A stretch of 64,000 nucleotides of DNA from Hormiphora californensis (GCA_020137815.1 CM035358.1:6882001-6946000); one strand, 5' to 3'. Shown: positions 12,686-29,125, counted from the stretch's first letter. Notes: generated from the sequence alone by a model not told the origin. Numbers and translations: made by a program.

Positions 12686-13966
12686 CTACTACTTGACGGG
12701 TTGATATGATGACGATATATATCATACAGTGCTATTATCAAATAATTTACTGTTTCTCTTACACAAAACACCTTGTTTTGAACTTGTTTCTACCGGTCGG
12801 GATTGAAATCTGTCAGGCCAATGCTCTGACAGGACCCCATGTGAGCGCCAGATATCTGGCGAGACAGATTACAATTGGAGGAAACTAGAAGTAGAGGGGA
12901 GAATCACACGTCACTTTTGTACACGTGGTTCAACGGATACGTGTGATCACACTTCTGCAGCTGGTACCAGTACCATGGTAACAGAGAAACTCTCTCTCTC
13001 TCTGTTACCTTGGCAACAGATAGTGCATCATAACCAAAACCATTACCATGTACTGTATAGTGCCCAAAAACATGTGTACTGTGGTTGATGGGGGCTGGGG
13101 ACAAGTCATACCCTCGCTTTGCTAACATGTGTTCAGGGACAGCTGTGCTGATTTGCTGTTAGGCCAACGCTCTGACAGCACCCAAGTCTGTCTGGCGGCC
13201 CCAGACCCCGTTTCCATTCCTAGATTGGGTTGGCCCCGCCAGACAGATTCCACCCTGTCTGGCGGGGCATGGCTATTGCCATAATTTCACCCAATGCCCG
13301 ACCCAGCTTTACTAGAAGCCCCCTGGAGGGTCAAGTTCCCATTTCTCTCCCATCATCAATGGCCATTTCCCCATGATGGGGAGGGCCTCAAGAGAAGGGT
13401 TGGTGATTCACCTACCCTTTCTTTAGTTGAGTTATTTCTCTCGTTTTTGGTTTCTCTTTGGAGGAAACGGGGAATAAAAGAGCAAACTTAGAGTTGCGTA
13501 TCTCACTTGGTTACGAAACAACCCCTTCGCGGCAAGAAACGGGTAACTTGGTTATCAAGTATATCTGACTATCTCAGATCACAGCCGGGGATACAATTAT
13601 TGTTCCAGACCATCCATAATATCTCTGGATATCCCTCCTCCTCCTCTCTGGCATAAATAGTGCAATCACAGCGGGGTAGAAGAAAGGGAGCCATATCAAG
13701 AGGGAGAGAGATATAATAGCTGCAAGGGGGGCTTGCAGGTGCTAGCTTTTTTCACCACCACATCACATGTATATCTCGAGCGCTGCCCCCCATTTGGTGT
13801 TAATTTTAGCCTCCCCTTGTTTAACCAAGCTACCACACTAACGTTAGATCACGTGGAATCTGTGCACCGCTATTTTAGATTAGACTGTGGTCCCCCCATA
13901 CTGCACTTGCACCTTCTCACTGCAGCTCTCTTATATCTGCACACTCTCATAGATTCAACCTATCAC

Positions 13967-14015
<49 letters not shown>

Positions 14016-14477
14016 TCTCTCTTTCATAATTATCTTTTAGATCACTTCCGGCTAGAGATCTCAAGAGCACACCCGCTGCAGCCCCTTATCATCTGCCATT
14101 TCAATTCAATGCTGTATCTGTTTCGCTTGTTAACACACTCTCGAGCTCTGATTCACGCTATCGAAACATTTTCTCAACTTATTTCAGTTTGTATGTGATA
14201 TTATCTAGTTTGTATCTGACCCTAGCCTTCAATGAATCCTATTCAGCTTCAAAAAGTTAAATGTTGGAGCTGAATGAGGGTAGGGTACAAGCTAGACAAC
14301 CGGGTTTGGTTATTTGGATGGCTATAAACTAAAGTATAAAATTATAGTTGTATCTCATTTTGAATTCCTTGACAACTTGACCTACAGACCGATTCTAATC
14401 CAGTACTAATGCCTTTCCCCCTCTTCTCTAGCTAAGCACACGCTACACTAGCTCTCTCACCCACCCAAACACACAAC

Positions 14478-17408
14478 ATGGGTCATAAAGGAAGGTCTAA
14501 GCGTGGACACCGTCACAGCTCCGGAGGTGGAGGCGCCAACATGATGATGGCAGGAGGCAGCGGAGGTATGATGATGTCCGGTGGAGGTATGATGTCCTCA
14601 GGTGGATTTGAAACTCTCAACATGGATCAGATGAACATTGTGGAGGGTGGATCTAGTGGATTTATCGGTTTCCCCTCCGCTGGTATTGTCTCCGGTAACG
14701 GTATGTACAGCGTAACCCTTGCTGATGGTAACTGTGTTGAGATAGACGAGAGCTGCATCAAACAGAGCAGGAGAAGCGCCACCAAGTTCAGCTGTATGAT
14801 TGATGGAGTGAAACACAAGATCAAGTCCCACCAGCTCGCCCCCTGTGTGGCCACCTACTCCCAATCCGAGGTGGTGACTGATGGAGATGTCCTCAGAGTC
14901 CGATCTGCCACTCCCGCTGCTGCTGACGGTGCCATTGAGTACATCCACCAAGTGAGTTCATCTGCAGTCAGCCGTCCCTCCCCCATCTCCTTCTACCCCT
15001 ACTACAAGATCAAGATTGGTGACTCTGTCAAGGTCCTCCCTTACCATATCGTTAGCGCTGGCAAGGCTTCCCGCCGGTTCTTCCGATTCAGGTATGACGG
15101 TAAGACAATCACCATTCGAAAGTCTCACATCAGGCCAGTTACCAAGCATTACAAGGTTATCCTGGATGGACGAGTCACTGAGATTGGGTGTCACAACATC
15201 CAGCCCTATGGTGATAACGCCTATCTGATCACCCATAATGGTGTCGAGAGGATTGTGGGTGCCGCATCTGTCCACTCCGGTGTCCAGGATGGTGCTGAGT
15301 TGATTACTGACGATGAGTCCAGTGAGGTCCAGAGGAAGCCCCTGTTTGTGAGTGCCAAGAGACACAGCTCTCACGTCCAAGAGGATACCGAGACTGGCAG
15401 GAGGTTCGGGCTCATCAAGAGATACACCAAGACAAAGAGAGGCAAGAGGGTGAGGAAGGTGCCAAGGAGGAAGAGCAAGGGAAAGAAGGATATCAAGATT
15501 TACGATGTCAGCTTCTGTCTGTGTTACCAGATCATTCTGAACGGAGCCCACATTGTCATCCCCCAGCATAGGATCAAACAGTCCAAGAGGCACAGTGGGT
15601 ACATGAGATTCCGATATAACAAGATGGTCTACTACATCACGCCCCAGACCATTACCCAGGCATTCTATGCCCCTGTGGTGGGATACTACAGCGTCGTTCT
15701 GGATGAGAAGGTTGTGGTTGTCAGTGGTCGAGAGATGGAGAAGCACTCTGAGAAGGATGATATCTACATCATCCGGGTTAACGGTGAGAGCTACGAGATT
15801 CACGCAACTGCTATCACCTTCCTCGGTGAGTTTGTCCTCGAGCCCGATAGAGAGATGCTGACTGATGAGGGAGAGAGCACCCCAGTGTCCTCTGAAGAGT
15901 CAGATACCTCCGACTCTGATGCGTCTGTATCTGGTCGAGATGAGATCGTTGAGGATGCCAACGTGTACACAACCCGCACCTTCAAGATCCGTAAGAAGAC
16001 CATCGCCACCTGTTACAGGATCCGACTGAATGGCTCGGAGCTCGTTGTACCCGTCTCCCAGGTCAGCCAGTGCAAGACCCGCCCTGGCATGCTCAGAATC
16101 AGCTACTATAACAAGACCTACTTCATCAATACTGATGATATCGAGCTGCAGTATGAGACCGAGGTGACAGGATTCTACTCTGTCACTGTTAACGGTAACC
16201 CTGTTATCCTCACTGGTGATGACATTGATGAGAATACTAGCGATGGAACTTACATCTGCTACTACAAGAACTCCAGGTATGTCCTGGCACAAACCCAGAT
16301 CATGTACCTGGGAGATTACCCTGTGATCCAGGCACCCAACTACATGGAGACTGAGGTTGAGAGCAGCGAGGAGAGTGACTGTGCCACTCATCCTGACGAG
16401 GAATTCTCCGAGGAGGAGCCCCAGATGTGCATCTTTGTGAACGAGAAGCCAAATATGGACATGACCCTCCCTGAACCTACCCAGGGATCTGTGATGGGAT
16501 GGAAGGTATACATTGATGGTCGGTTCTATACCGTGCCCGCTAACAGGCTGAAGCAGCTGAGGAACGCTCCTGGGTTCATGGAGATCATCGTGAACAGGAA
16601 GTTGTACCACGTCTCCATCGAGAACATCCAGCCCATCATGCTGCCTACTGTCTACTTCATCACTATCCAGAACAAGCCCATCCTGGTACCTGCCAAGGAT
16701 GTCCGTCGTCATCCCACTGAGGAGGGATACGTGATTGTGAAGTACCGAGGCCAGGACTACGTGATCGCTGTCTCTGAGTTGAAGTTGGCTGATGGAAGTA
16801 GTGTGAACTGGGATGATATCCCTATGGACCACGAGTACCTCATCACCAGGACTACCAAGACTACCAGGAGAATCAGGAAGAAGAAGAGGAGTGGTAGGGA
16901 CTACATGAGGACTTGTTCTCCTCTCTGTGACAAGGTCCGTGCCGCTGGACAGTCCGATGATGATGCTGCCAGTAACATTAACGCCGATAACTTTGCGGCC
17001 ATGGCTCAGATCGCTGGAGCTTCCTCTAACTTCTCTCTCGGAGGTGCCACTCATGTGGTCGCCCCAGGAGGTGTTGTCATGGGACAGGGAGGATTTGGAC
17101 ACCATCTTAGTGTCCGACCTGCCTCCGGTGCTGGGCTAGTTAACATTGGAGCTAGTTACGGATATGGCGGTGGTATCGCCATGAGCTCTAGTCATGGTGG
17201 TGGACATGGAGGTTCCAGTCATGGACATGGAGGATCCAGTCATGGTCATGGAGGAGGTCACGGCCACTCTTCTGGTCACGGTGGACATGCCCAAACGAGC
17301 CCCAGGGGAGGACAGCAGATGATGAGCATGGGAGGTCTCAATGTGAGTCCTAAGAAGAGTAGCCGACACAGGAAGGGGTCTTCTTCTTCTAGCAGCAGCA
17401 GCAACTAG
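14478..17408 (+). CDS. Uncharacterised intronless 976-aa protein with nine ~47-aa beta-rich repeats and Gly/Ser/His/Met-rich ends
   Basis: 2.9-kb uninterrupted ORF with strong codon bias and ACAACATGG start context. Pyrimidine-rich acceptor (cttctctag) at ~14431. AT-rich 3' flank. No family recognised. Confidence 0.9.
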   Translation: MGHKGRSKRGHRHSSGGGGANMMMAGGSGGMMMSGGGMMSSGGFETLNMDQMNIVEGGSSGFIGFPSAGIVSGNGMYSVTLADGNCVEIDESCIKQSRRSATKFSCMIDGVKHKIKSHQLAPCVATYSQSEVVTDGDVLRVRSATPAAADGAIEYIHQVSSSAVSRPSPISFYPYYKIKIGDSVKVLPYHIVSAGKASRRFFRFRYDGKTITIRKSHIRPVTKHYKVILDGRVTEIGCHNIQPYGDNAYLITHNGVERIVGAASVHSGVQDGAELITDDESSEVQRKPLFVSAKRHSSHVQEDTETGRRFGLIKRYTKTKRGKRVRKVPRRKSKGKKDIKIYDVSFCLCYQIILNGAHIVIPQHRIKQSKRHSGYMRFRYNKMVYYITPQTITQAFYAPVVGYYSVVLDEKVVVVSGREMEKHSEKDDIYIIRVNGESYEIHATAITFLGEFVLEPDREMLTDEGESTPVSSEESDTSDSDASVSGRDEIVEDANVYTTRTFKIRKKTIATCYRIRLNGSELVVPVSQVSQCKTRPGMLRISYYNKTYFINTDDIELQYETEVTGFYSVTVNGNPVILTGDDIDENTSDGTYICYYKNSRYVLAQTQIMYLGDYPVIQAPNYMETEVESSEESDCATHPDEEFSEEEPQMCIFVNEKPNMDMTLPEPTQGSVMGWKVYIDGRFYTVPANRLKQLRNAPGFMEIIVNRKLYHVSIENIQPIMLPTVYFITIQNKPILVPAKDVRRHPTEEGYVIVKYRGQDYVIAVSELKLADGSSVNWDDIPMDHEYLITRTTKTTRRIRKKKRSGRDYMRTCSPLCDKVRAAGQSDDDAASNINADNFAAMAQIAGASSNFSLGGATHVVAPGGVVMGQGGFGHHLSVRPASGAGLVNIGASYGYGGGIAMSSSHGGGHGGSSHGHGGSSHGHGGGHGHSSGHGGHAQTSPRGGQQMMSMGGLNVSPKKSSRHRKGSSSSSSSSN

Positions 17409-18128
17409 ACGATGACGTCATAATGTGACGTCATGTTGTCATGGTGATTGTGTTGCTATGGTAACAATCACTATGGAACATGATAAATTAAGGGACTATA
17501 ATAATAACTGTCTAGCGGGACTACATATGTGAAAAACGGAACAAAAAATGAACTGGGATATTATGATATTTTGTAGATAAACAACATTGTGTATATTTTT
17601 GTGTGTATGTTCGTGTGTATGTGTGATATAAATGAGAGATGCATCTTCATTTTCTGTTAAATTTTTGAGTTTTTCTTCCGAAACTAATACATATTACATA
17701 CAATCATACATGATGGCATCTCTGGAATCTGGACCATATTCATATCTGGGTTGAGATTTTAAGGGTCTACCATTCAACCACTTTTTACTGAGTGAAGCCT
17801 TCACAGTTACCATCTATTCTTCCCGATTGATCTCCCACTGTCAATATCATGACTATGGTCCAAGATCACGGTCATTCTCTCTGAGTCAGAGTCTGACTAA
17901 CCAGTAACCACCACCAGTAACCACCACCAGTAACCACCACCGCTAACCACCACCAGTAACCACCAGTAACCACCAGTAACCACCACTACTGAGTAATACA
18001 ATGGTACAAGATCCCGATCATATTCTCTAGCTGACTAACTACCACTACCAACTACCAACAAGTCCATTATTATAACGACGGTCTGGCTACCTGAGTTACC
18101 CCCTACCGAGCGGAGAGAGAGAGAGAGA

Positions 18129-18188
<60 letters not shown>

Positions 18189-18193
18189 AAGGC

Positions 18194-18256
<63 letters not shown>

Positions 18257-18794
18257 GAGAAAGAGAGAAAGAGAAAGAGAGAGAGAGAGAGTCTCCCTCC
18301 CTTGTTAATCCGATGGATTAGGTACGCACGTTGAGAGCCACGGTTGTCATGGCAACAGAACCACCAAAGAGAGAACACTAATCAAGCAACCCTTCTACTC
18401 GAGAGGACTGACCATGCATTCATCTCTTTTATAAAAAAGATCGGGGTATGAACAAAAACCATAGAGATTGTTTGAACTCAGCCGATAGGCAGGTCCTTAT
18501 CAGGAATAGACCAATAACAACTGAGAACTCTCAGGCCTCAGCATCAAAGATTGTTTACGGGAGTGCGCTCAGGAATAGAAGAAGGATACTGTTAGCGCGA
18601 TGCCTGACAGAATAAGCTGCAGATATGCCTCCTGAAGGTTGTTGCCCTTCAAATGATATTACATTCAATTCAAGAAGCTGCTGGGGTTTAGGTTAACTCT
18701 TGTTTTATTAAAGAGTTAGAAACAAATAAATTGAGATACAAATTGTAACAAATATATTAATTAACACAGAGTAGAAATAACACAAATATCGTAT

Positions 18795-22512
<3,718 letters not shown>

Positions 22513-23760
22513 ATCTATTGGAAGTTGGAATTAGATTAGCTGGACAGAAATCAGATATTGGTCCAAAGCAAAAAAAAAAGAAAACAACAACAGTTCAAAT
22601 TCTACAAAGTTGGAATCTTACATCCTGAAGATTTCGGATTCAGGATATAGAATAGTTGCTTCCAGTATATTGTCACTAAAAACGCATGTGCATCCTACAT
22701 ACACCAACACCAGCTACTACCGAACTATGATCTCTCTCCTTCGTGCTACTGCTGCTGGCGAATCAAGCACCAGTTAAGTAATAGGGGATCAACCAATGAG
22801 GATCCCCCACCCATCAACACGTGATCGGACAAGCAATATGTGTGAGGGAGAGAGAGGAGAGAGAGAGAGAGGAGAGAGAGAGACGAGAGATGGATATAGA
22901 TAGAGGGAGAGAGATAGAGATAGAGCTCTCGCTCGTCGGAGCGCGATCGACTATCGAGAGCTAATGCGCTCGCTCTAGCTCTCTCTCTCTACTCTCTCTC
23001 GCTCTCTCTCTCTCTCGTCTCTCTCTCGCTCGATCTCTCTCTCTCAGCTCTCTCTCTCTCTCTCTCTCCTCTCTCTCCCTCTCTCCCTCCCTTTTTCTTC
23101 ACGTTGATCCTACAGAGAGAGATCGTCAGGTGAACAAGTCATCCTGACGGTATACAGCTGATCTGAGTGACGGGTTTTTAGAGAAAGAGAGAGACATGTG
23201 ACACATACCCACAGCTTTGTTGATCGTCGTAGCAACGAGAGAGAAAACTATCGTGTTACCATGGAGACGATGATTGTGTGAAAAAATAAATTGACACAAC
23301 ACATGTTGGAACGTACTCACCCAGTTCACGAAGTTTTCCTTCAGAGAAATTATACCGGTCAGTTTCACAGAGAATTAGGACATCCGGCCGGTAACTTGGC
23401 AAGCTTGGGTAGAGATTCTTTCGTGGATCGGAGGACGTCAAACCTGAGGAAGGAAATTACGGGAGGGTCTGATTGAGACATTGCGGTTGAGTCGCTGTGT
23501 ATGAACAATTCAACAGTCAGTTTTGTTGTTTTCAGTGCTCTGTTCCCGGTCATTATAACCAACCGAACACATGTTCTGGGCATAGCTGTATCATGCCGAT
23601 ACGAGTACATAATTTGTCATGAATTCTTCATGTGGCAGTTTTAACCTTTGTCAAGTTTCACGTTGCAGGTTCCATCTGGTGTGGCTCACAGTCATACTGC
23701 ATTTTATTTCTGCGAGGGTTCGGCAGATCCAGTTCCATCAACATCAAGTTGGAAGCTTTT

Positions 23761-23858
23761 CGAAACTAGTAAACAACCAATCAGAACTCGTTATTTAGGT
23801 CATGTGACTGGTTATCAGCCAATCAGGGACCAGTATTTCCTGATTCGGTCGGTTCCTG
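23761..23858 (+). mobile_element. Left-truncated copy of the 109-bp hAT-type MITE
   Basis: Matches 27571-27679 but lacks the left TIR. Flanked by a 22-bp direct repeat. Confidence 0.85.
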
Positions 23859-24320
23859 GTTGGAAGCTTTTCGAAACTAGAACTGCAGATGCTTGTCCTT
23901 GATATAATTCGACCATATTCCACGGAATTATCCTCTTCACTGGAATCTATAAATTCACACGTGAGGTATAAAAAGTTGGCGGAGGGGGGTAGAGTTATAA
24001 AACTCTACTCTCGTGGATATGGATTCTTCCAAAAGTATTGATTTGCGGTTCTCTTCTGATTGACGCACACATGAGGGGAGCATATAATGTGCAATTTTAA
24101 CACTCGCTCCTTCCATCTTTTTCAAACGTTCTGACGTATCTCGTCGCATGCAGAATGTCCCCCTCACTTTATCTCTCCCTCTTTCTCTCACCTTCTCTCT
24201 CTCTGATCGTCTCTCTAAGTGTGCACACGTAAGCTTGCCGAATGTTCCCTCTCTTTCGTCCCTCGTGATTCTAGCCACACGCGATCATCCAGGCTGGACT
24301 ATAAAAAGGCTGGGGGTATC

Positions 24321-27073
24321 ATGGGGACCGCTAGTTTAATGATTGCACTTGTCCTAGTAGTTTTGCTTCAACTCGCGGACCAAACGTAGGTTTTTCGTGC
24401 TTGTTATGTTTCGTGTACATTTTAGTACATTCTCTGCTTGTCGATATTGTTCATTCAGCTCTAAGCTGTGATTCTATACATCTAAATGACACCCTGAATC
24501 ACCGCTAAATTATCCCTAAATCACCACTCAATAATCCCTAAATCACCACTCAATAATCCCTAAATCATTCAGTGAATGACACCCTCTAATGACACCCTAT
24601 AATGACACCCTCTATTATGACACCCCCTTATAGTGACACCCTCTAATGACACCCTCTTCCTATCTCAGGGACCTTTATTGTCGAGGTGTAAGTGAAACAG
24701 GAGAACAGCTCGAAGCTAGATGCAGTTACCCAAGTTATAAGTGCTCCTGTATCAACAGTGCCAGTGACCCGCCCGTTTGTCATTGCACTCGAATAGTCAG
24801 GTTGGTCGTCATTGGCTTCCTTTGCTTGTGATTAGGGCTCCAATATATCAACCCCCTGGCCTAGAACCCTATTTTTTTCTCCCACCCCCGACCCGCTAAA
24901 CAGTAACCTTCCTTATTCTCAAGCCAGTCCTTTCCTACCCTCAAAGTCAAGACCTTTGTGCGTAATCCGCTCCTCAACCCACCCCACCCTCGCAGTGAAG
25001 AGGAAGAAGAGGAAGAAGAGGAAGACGTAACAAAACCTTCAAACACGGAAACTAAACAACAAACAGTTAACGGCTGGAATCCCCTTCATGTGTTAGGAGT
25101 TGGGTGTTCTATTTTAATGGTTCTCATCCTAACTTCAACTGCATGCTGCTGCCTCTGTAGACAGGTAGGGGGATCAGGGGGTTGTTGAGTAACAAAAAAG
25201 AGAGCCAGGTTCTATCCCTCCTTTGCATTTGGCATGGAGAGGGGATCGGGACTGTTGGTTGGTAACGGTGATCTTCACGGTTACCCTTTAGTCATGGCTC
25301 CGTGATAGGCATATAAGGTACTTTGTGGCCCACTGGGGTCTCCTAGAAAGATGGTGATAGTGGGTGCCACAATGCTCGTCTACAATTACTAGTGAAACCA
25401 ATTTGGTATAGGTCTCCACTCTCCAATCTTTATTGACTAAGTCTCTCTCAGACTGGATATAAATTGATTGGCTATTTTCTATCATGGTTCAACAATTACC
25501 AGATAGCCCTCGCTCTCGATATGACTTGCTTTCTCTCTCTTTCTCCCCTTCTTTTTAGCTCTCCCTCTCTTTCCCTCAGTCTCAGTCCTCCCTCTGCCCC
25601 AGACTCCTCCATGGGAGGGTGGGAGGGTAGTTTTTGCCGTCAGATACCCTGGCACTAATTGTAGGTCCGGTGATTGGGCACTTTAAATTACTCCTATATT
25701 AATTTTAGTTCAGCCCTGATTCTCCCAAGTCCCAACACCGTCTATCTAATCCAAGAATTATAAGGGGTGTGGTTTGTTTGACTGTACGTACTGTCTCCGC
25801 GATAACTTACGAGCAGTTCAAGTGGTCTGGCGACTGGCGTTGCCAGATCCCGTTTTGATTCTCGACACTGGGCTGATTAGATCGGGTCGGCACCGCCAGA
25901 CAGAATCACACAATGTGGTACAAACTCTCGGAACTAACCCCCAATTCTACATTTCAGTACTACTCTCGCCAGATGTCATTCATCAAGCCGCCAGACTACT
26001 CCGACTCCCCACCACCTCCCTACCCTGCCACACCCAGCGTGCCAACTCGGACAGCTGTTATCTCCAGAGGATCTTCATCCAGGGATATAAGGAGTGCTGC
26101 TTCTCGGGACTTGTTCAGCCGGGAACCTACTACTGCACATGTTATTAGTCATAATATAGCCATACGAGAGGCACCTAGAGACAGTGTGACTAGAGATCTG
26201 GTGGGTTCTCGAGATAGTTTTAGAGGGGCAGCACCTGGATGCCAGGACTCAATCAGATGCCAGAGGGCATCAATACAGACGATGAGGGAGATACCTTTAC
26301 AGCATAGATCAGACCTGAGACAGATGAATAGAGACGCTAGCAACGCACCTAGAGACCATAGCAACGCGCCTAGCAACAGGGTGCCTAGCAACGCCGCACT
26401 TGTTAGAAATGGCGTAACAAACAATCCGAGAGAATCTGTAAATATGAGTCCTAGAAGTAGGGAGTCAATAGTTGTTAGAAACTCTGTTGTAGACAATACC
26501 CTATCTGAAAGGGCCAGCGATTTAGATCAGAGAGAAAATGCCAGTTCTTCAAGAAACACTATGGTAGAGAGAAACTTTGGAAGTTCAGTAGTTGAAGCAG
26601 GAATTAACCGTATAGGTTCGTTCACTGCCCCTACCACCACTAGATCAGTGCCCCGGGACATTGAAACTACACCCGATGGCACCTATAATCCCCGCATGAA
26701 CACGGGGATAACACGGGGACTACGGGAGATATCATCAGCTGATATCAATAGACCTTCCTTTTTGGTGGGACGAAACAATACCTCCCCGGGCACGGATAGC
26801 AATGGACCTTCTCCCTTGTCAAGTCGTGGCGAGATAGAAAACACAGAGGAAGACCGGCCGGAGACTGTTAATCAGGATCAGATCACAACATCTGGCCCAG
26901 TACCTGATATCGTCCTGCCTTCATACAGACAGGGAGTTAGGGAGGTCCCACCGGCCGAGGTGGCTAGACCTGGACCGTCCCTTTTTAGTCGACCAGGACG
27001 TGGCGAGAACAATGCAGCTATCATGCTACCGACATATGGTCAGGGACTGGATCTGATAATTGAAGATACGTGA
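24321..27073 (+). CDS. Single-pass membrane protein, Shisa/WBP1/VOPP1-like architecture (six-Cys ectodomain, TM-CCC, PPxY tail)
   Basis: Four in-phase exons: signal peptide MGTASLMIALVLVVLLQLA (24321-~24385); Cys domain C..C..CSC..CHC (~24669-24800); acidic linker plus TM followed by CCCLC (~24996-25164); cytoplasmic exon from 25958 (branch-like ACTAAC at 25933) with PPDY, PPPY, LPSY and LPTY. Confidence 0.78.
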
Positions 27074-27323
27074 GCCAGAGATTGTGGGGGATTTGAATCA
27101 TTTGCAGGGGCTGCCTCACCCTCCTAAAATCGTTCCAAATGTGACACTTGCCAGATGATATTGTTGCTATGGTAACCGTCAATTAATAATCTTTTGATAT
27201 GATGTTTTTAGCGGTGTGAACTGGGTGTGAGAGTTTTAACTTCTTTTTAATGTCATTCTAAATGGGTCTTTATGTATTTAGTACCTCCAATTAGGAGAGA
27301 CAACACCCCGGGAAAGTGATACC

Positions 27324-27406
<83 letters not shown>

Positions 27407-27570
27407 TTTTTTTCTCTCTCTCTCTCTCCCTCTCCCTCTCTCTCCCTTTCTCTCTCTCTCTCTCTCCCACCCGTGGTCACGTGATTCATTCATGATTGTT
27501 ACACAAAACCTATCCGACCGAGTCAAAACTTCCATTCCTCAGTTCTTTCAAGACACGGTTCTCTTCAAAC

Positions 27571-27679
27571 CAGGAACCGACCGAAACAATTAAACAACCA
27601 ATCAGAACTCGTTATTTAGGTCACGTGACTGGTTATCAGCCAATCAGGGACCAGTATTTCCTGATTCGGTCGGTTCCTG
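27571..27679 (+). mobile_element. 109-bp hAT-type MITE, 8-bp TSD CTTCAAAC
   Basis: TIR CAGGAACCGACCGAA/TTCGGTCGGTTCCTG. TSD at 27563-27570 and 27680-27687. Confidence 0.92.
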
Positions 27680-29089
27680 CTTCAAACCAATGTCTGATAA
27701 ATCCAACCCGGGTAAACAGTACGAAATACATTTGGTTTGGGGGTTTGGGAATGCAATTGAATATCGAAATGGTACATTTATCTCTCGTTCAAAATCTCTT
27801 ACAAATATATTCGGCCAAATATAGCACACACTTCAACTGCCTAGCAAGAAGTGAACTAAATATTATACGGTGTTCCTTGCTGTACGGAACCCTCACATAA
27901 AGTGCGGTGGGAGCTACACAAGGTTCTCCCAGGCTTCATATCGAGATCTTACTGTACAAACACACTGTACAAACACCTGTCTAGCGCCGCCAGACCTGTC
28001 AGGCCAATGCTCTGACCACAGTTCTCGCGCTCGAGAATGGGTCAGGCCAATGCTCTGACAGCGCCAGACCACACTCAGATCGGTTTGGCGCAGCCAGACA
28101 GATAAACACGCATCTCTTTGCCTGGCTAGACTATTGTTACAAATGTAAAGGGAGGGTTAGAACATAACATGCATCTCTAACAGATCTCCAACAACGCAAA
28201 CACGATGGCGCATGATCATGTAGATCAAGTCTCGAGACTATTCTAATCACATAATCTGCTCTGATAAAACTTTATCTAGATCTACCGAACACTTATAACC
28301 CATGAAATAAAATACGGTGTGAGCCACACAAATAAAAACAAGATATATCTCAGTCTTCCTTCTACAAAGAACAGCTATGATAATTGATTAGTTACACAAA
28401 ACAAGAATTGTCACTCAAAGTCTATTGTTTTCGGGATCTGCTTGTTAGGGATGAAGAACAAGGATCGCTGGGTCGTCATTTTTTCATTATATCACCCGCC
28501 TCTTCTTCTCCATTGTTGAATGTTGAGTAATAACTTGAGCCACTCCCGTTTAGCAGATACTTTTGAAGAATTCTGAAAATGAAGTTGGGTGTTAGGTACT
28601 GAAAGTGAATAGGAATAACAAGGTAAGAAATATAGAGTAAAAACATACAACAGACAACAGGCGGGTCAGTATGTTTGTCCGCGTGGTTGTCAGTGCATGC
28701 GTTTGTCACTATGTTTGTCACTATGTTTGTCACTATGTTTGTCAGTAAATTTTACTCCGGCACATTGGATCTGAACACATGTCTATTTCTGCGGAAAGTA
28801 ACAGATGGGTTTGGTATCGAAGACACCTCACGGCCTTCGTTTGGCGTGCTTCGCACGCCGCGCCGGCAAGGGAGGGGTAACTTCGTTACCAACAGATGGG
28901 TACTGCCATTGCCAAGTCTATTCCAAGTAGATCTACCCATTTTATCGAAACCTGACATAAACCCTGACTCTGTCTATTTGTGATATTCATTCTGTCAGAC
29001 TGGGTATAATTCACGAGCCCTATTCATATGCTATTGACGATTAATTAACTGAACAATTGTTTCAAGCCTTCATATTACATGGACGAGAT

Positions 29090-29125
<36 letters not shown>

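Noticed and set aside
14598-17105. Long antisense ORFs (281 and 401 aa)
   Set aside because: Shadow frames expected from the codon bias of the 976-aa sense gene.
25913-25957. ATG at 25913 as start of a 386-aa protein
   Set aside because: It lies upstream of a good branch point and acceptor at 25957. The ORF is better explained as the last exon of the 24321 gene.
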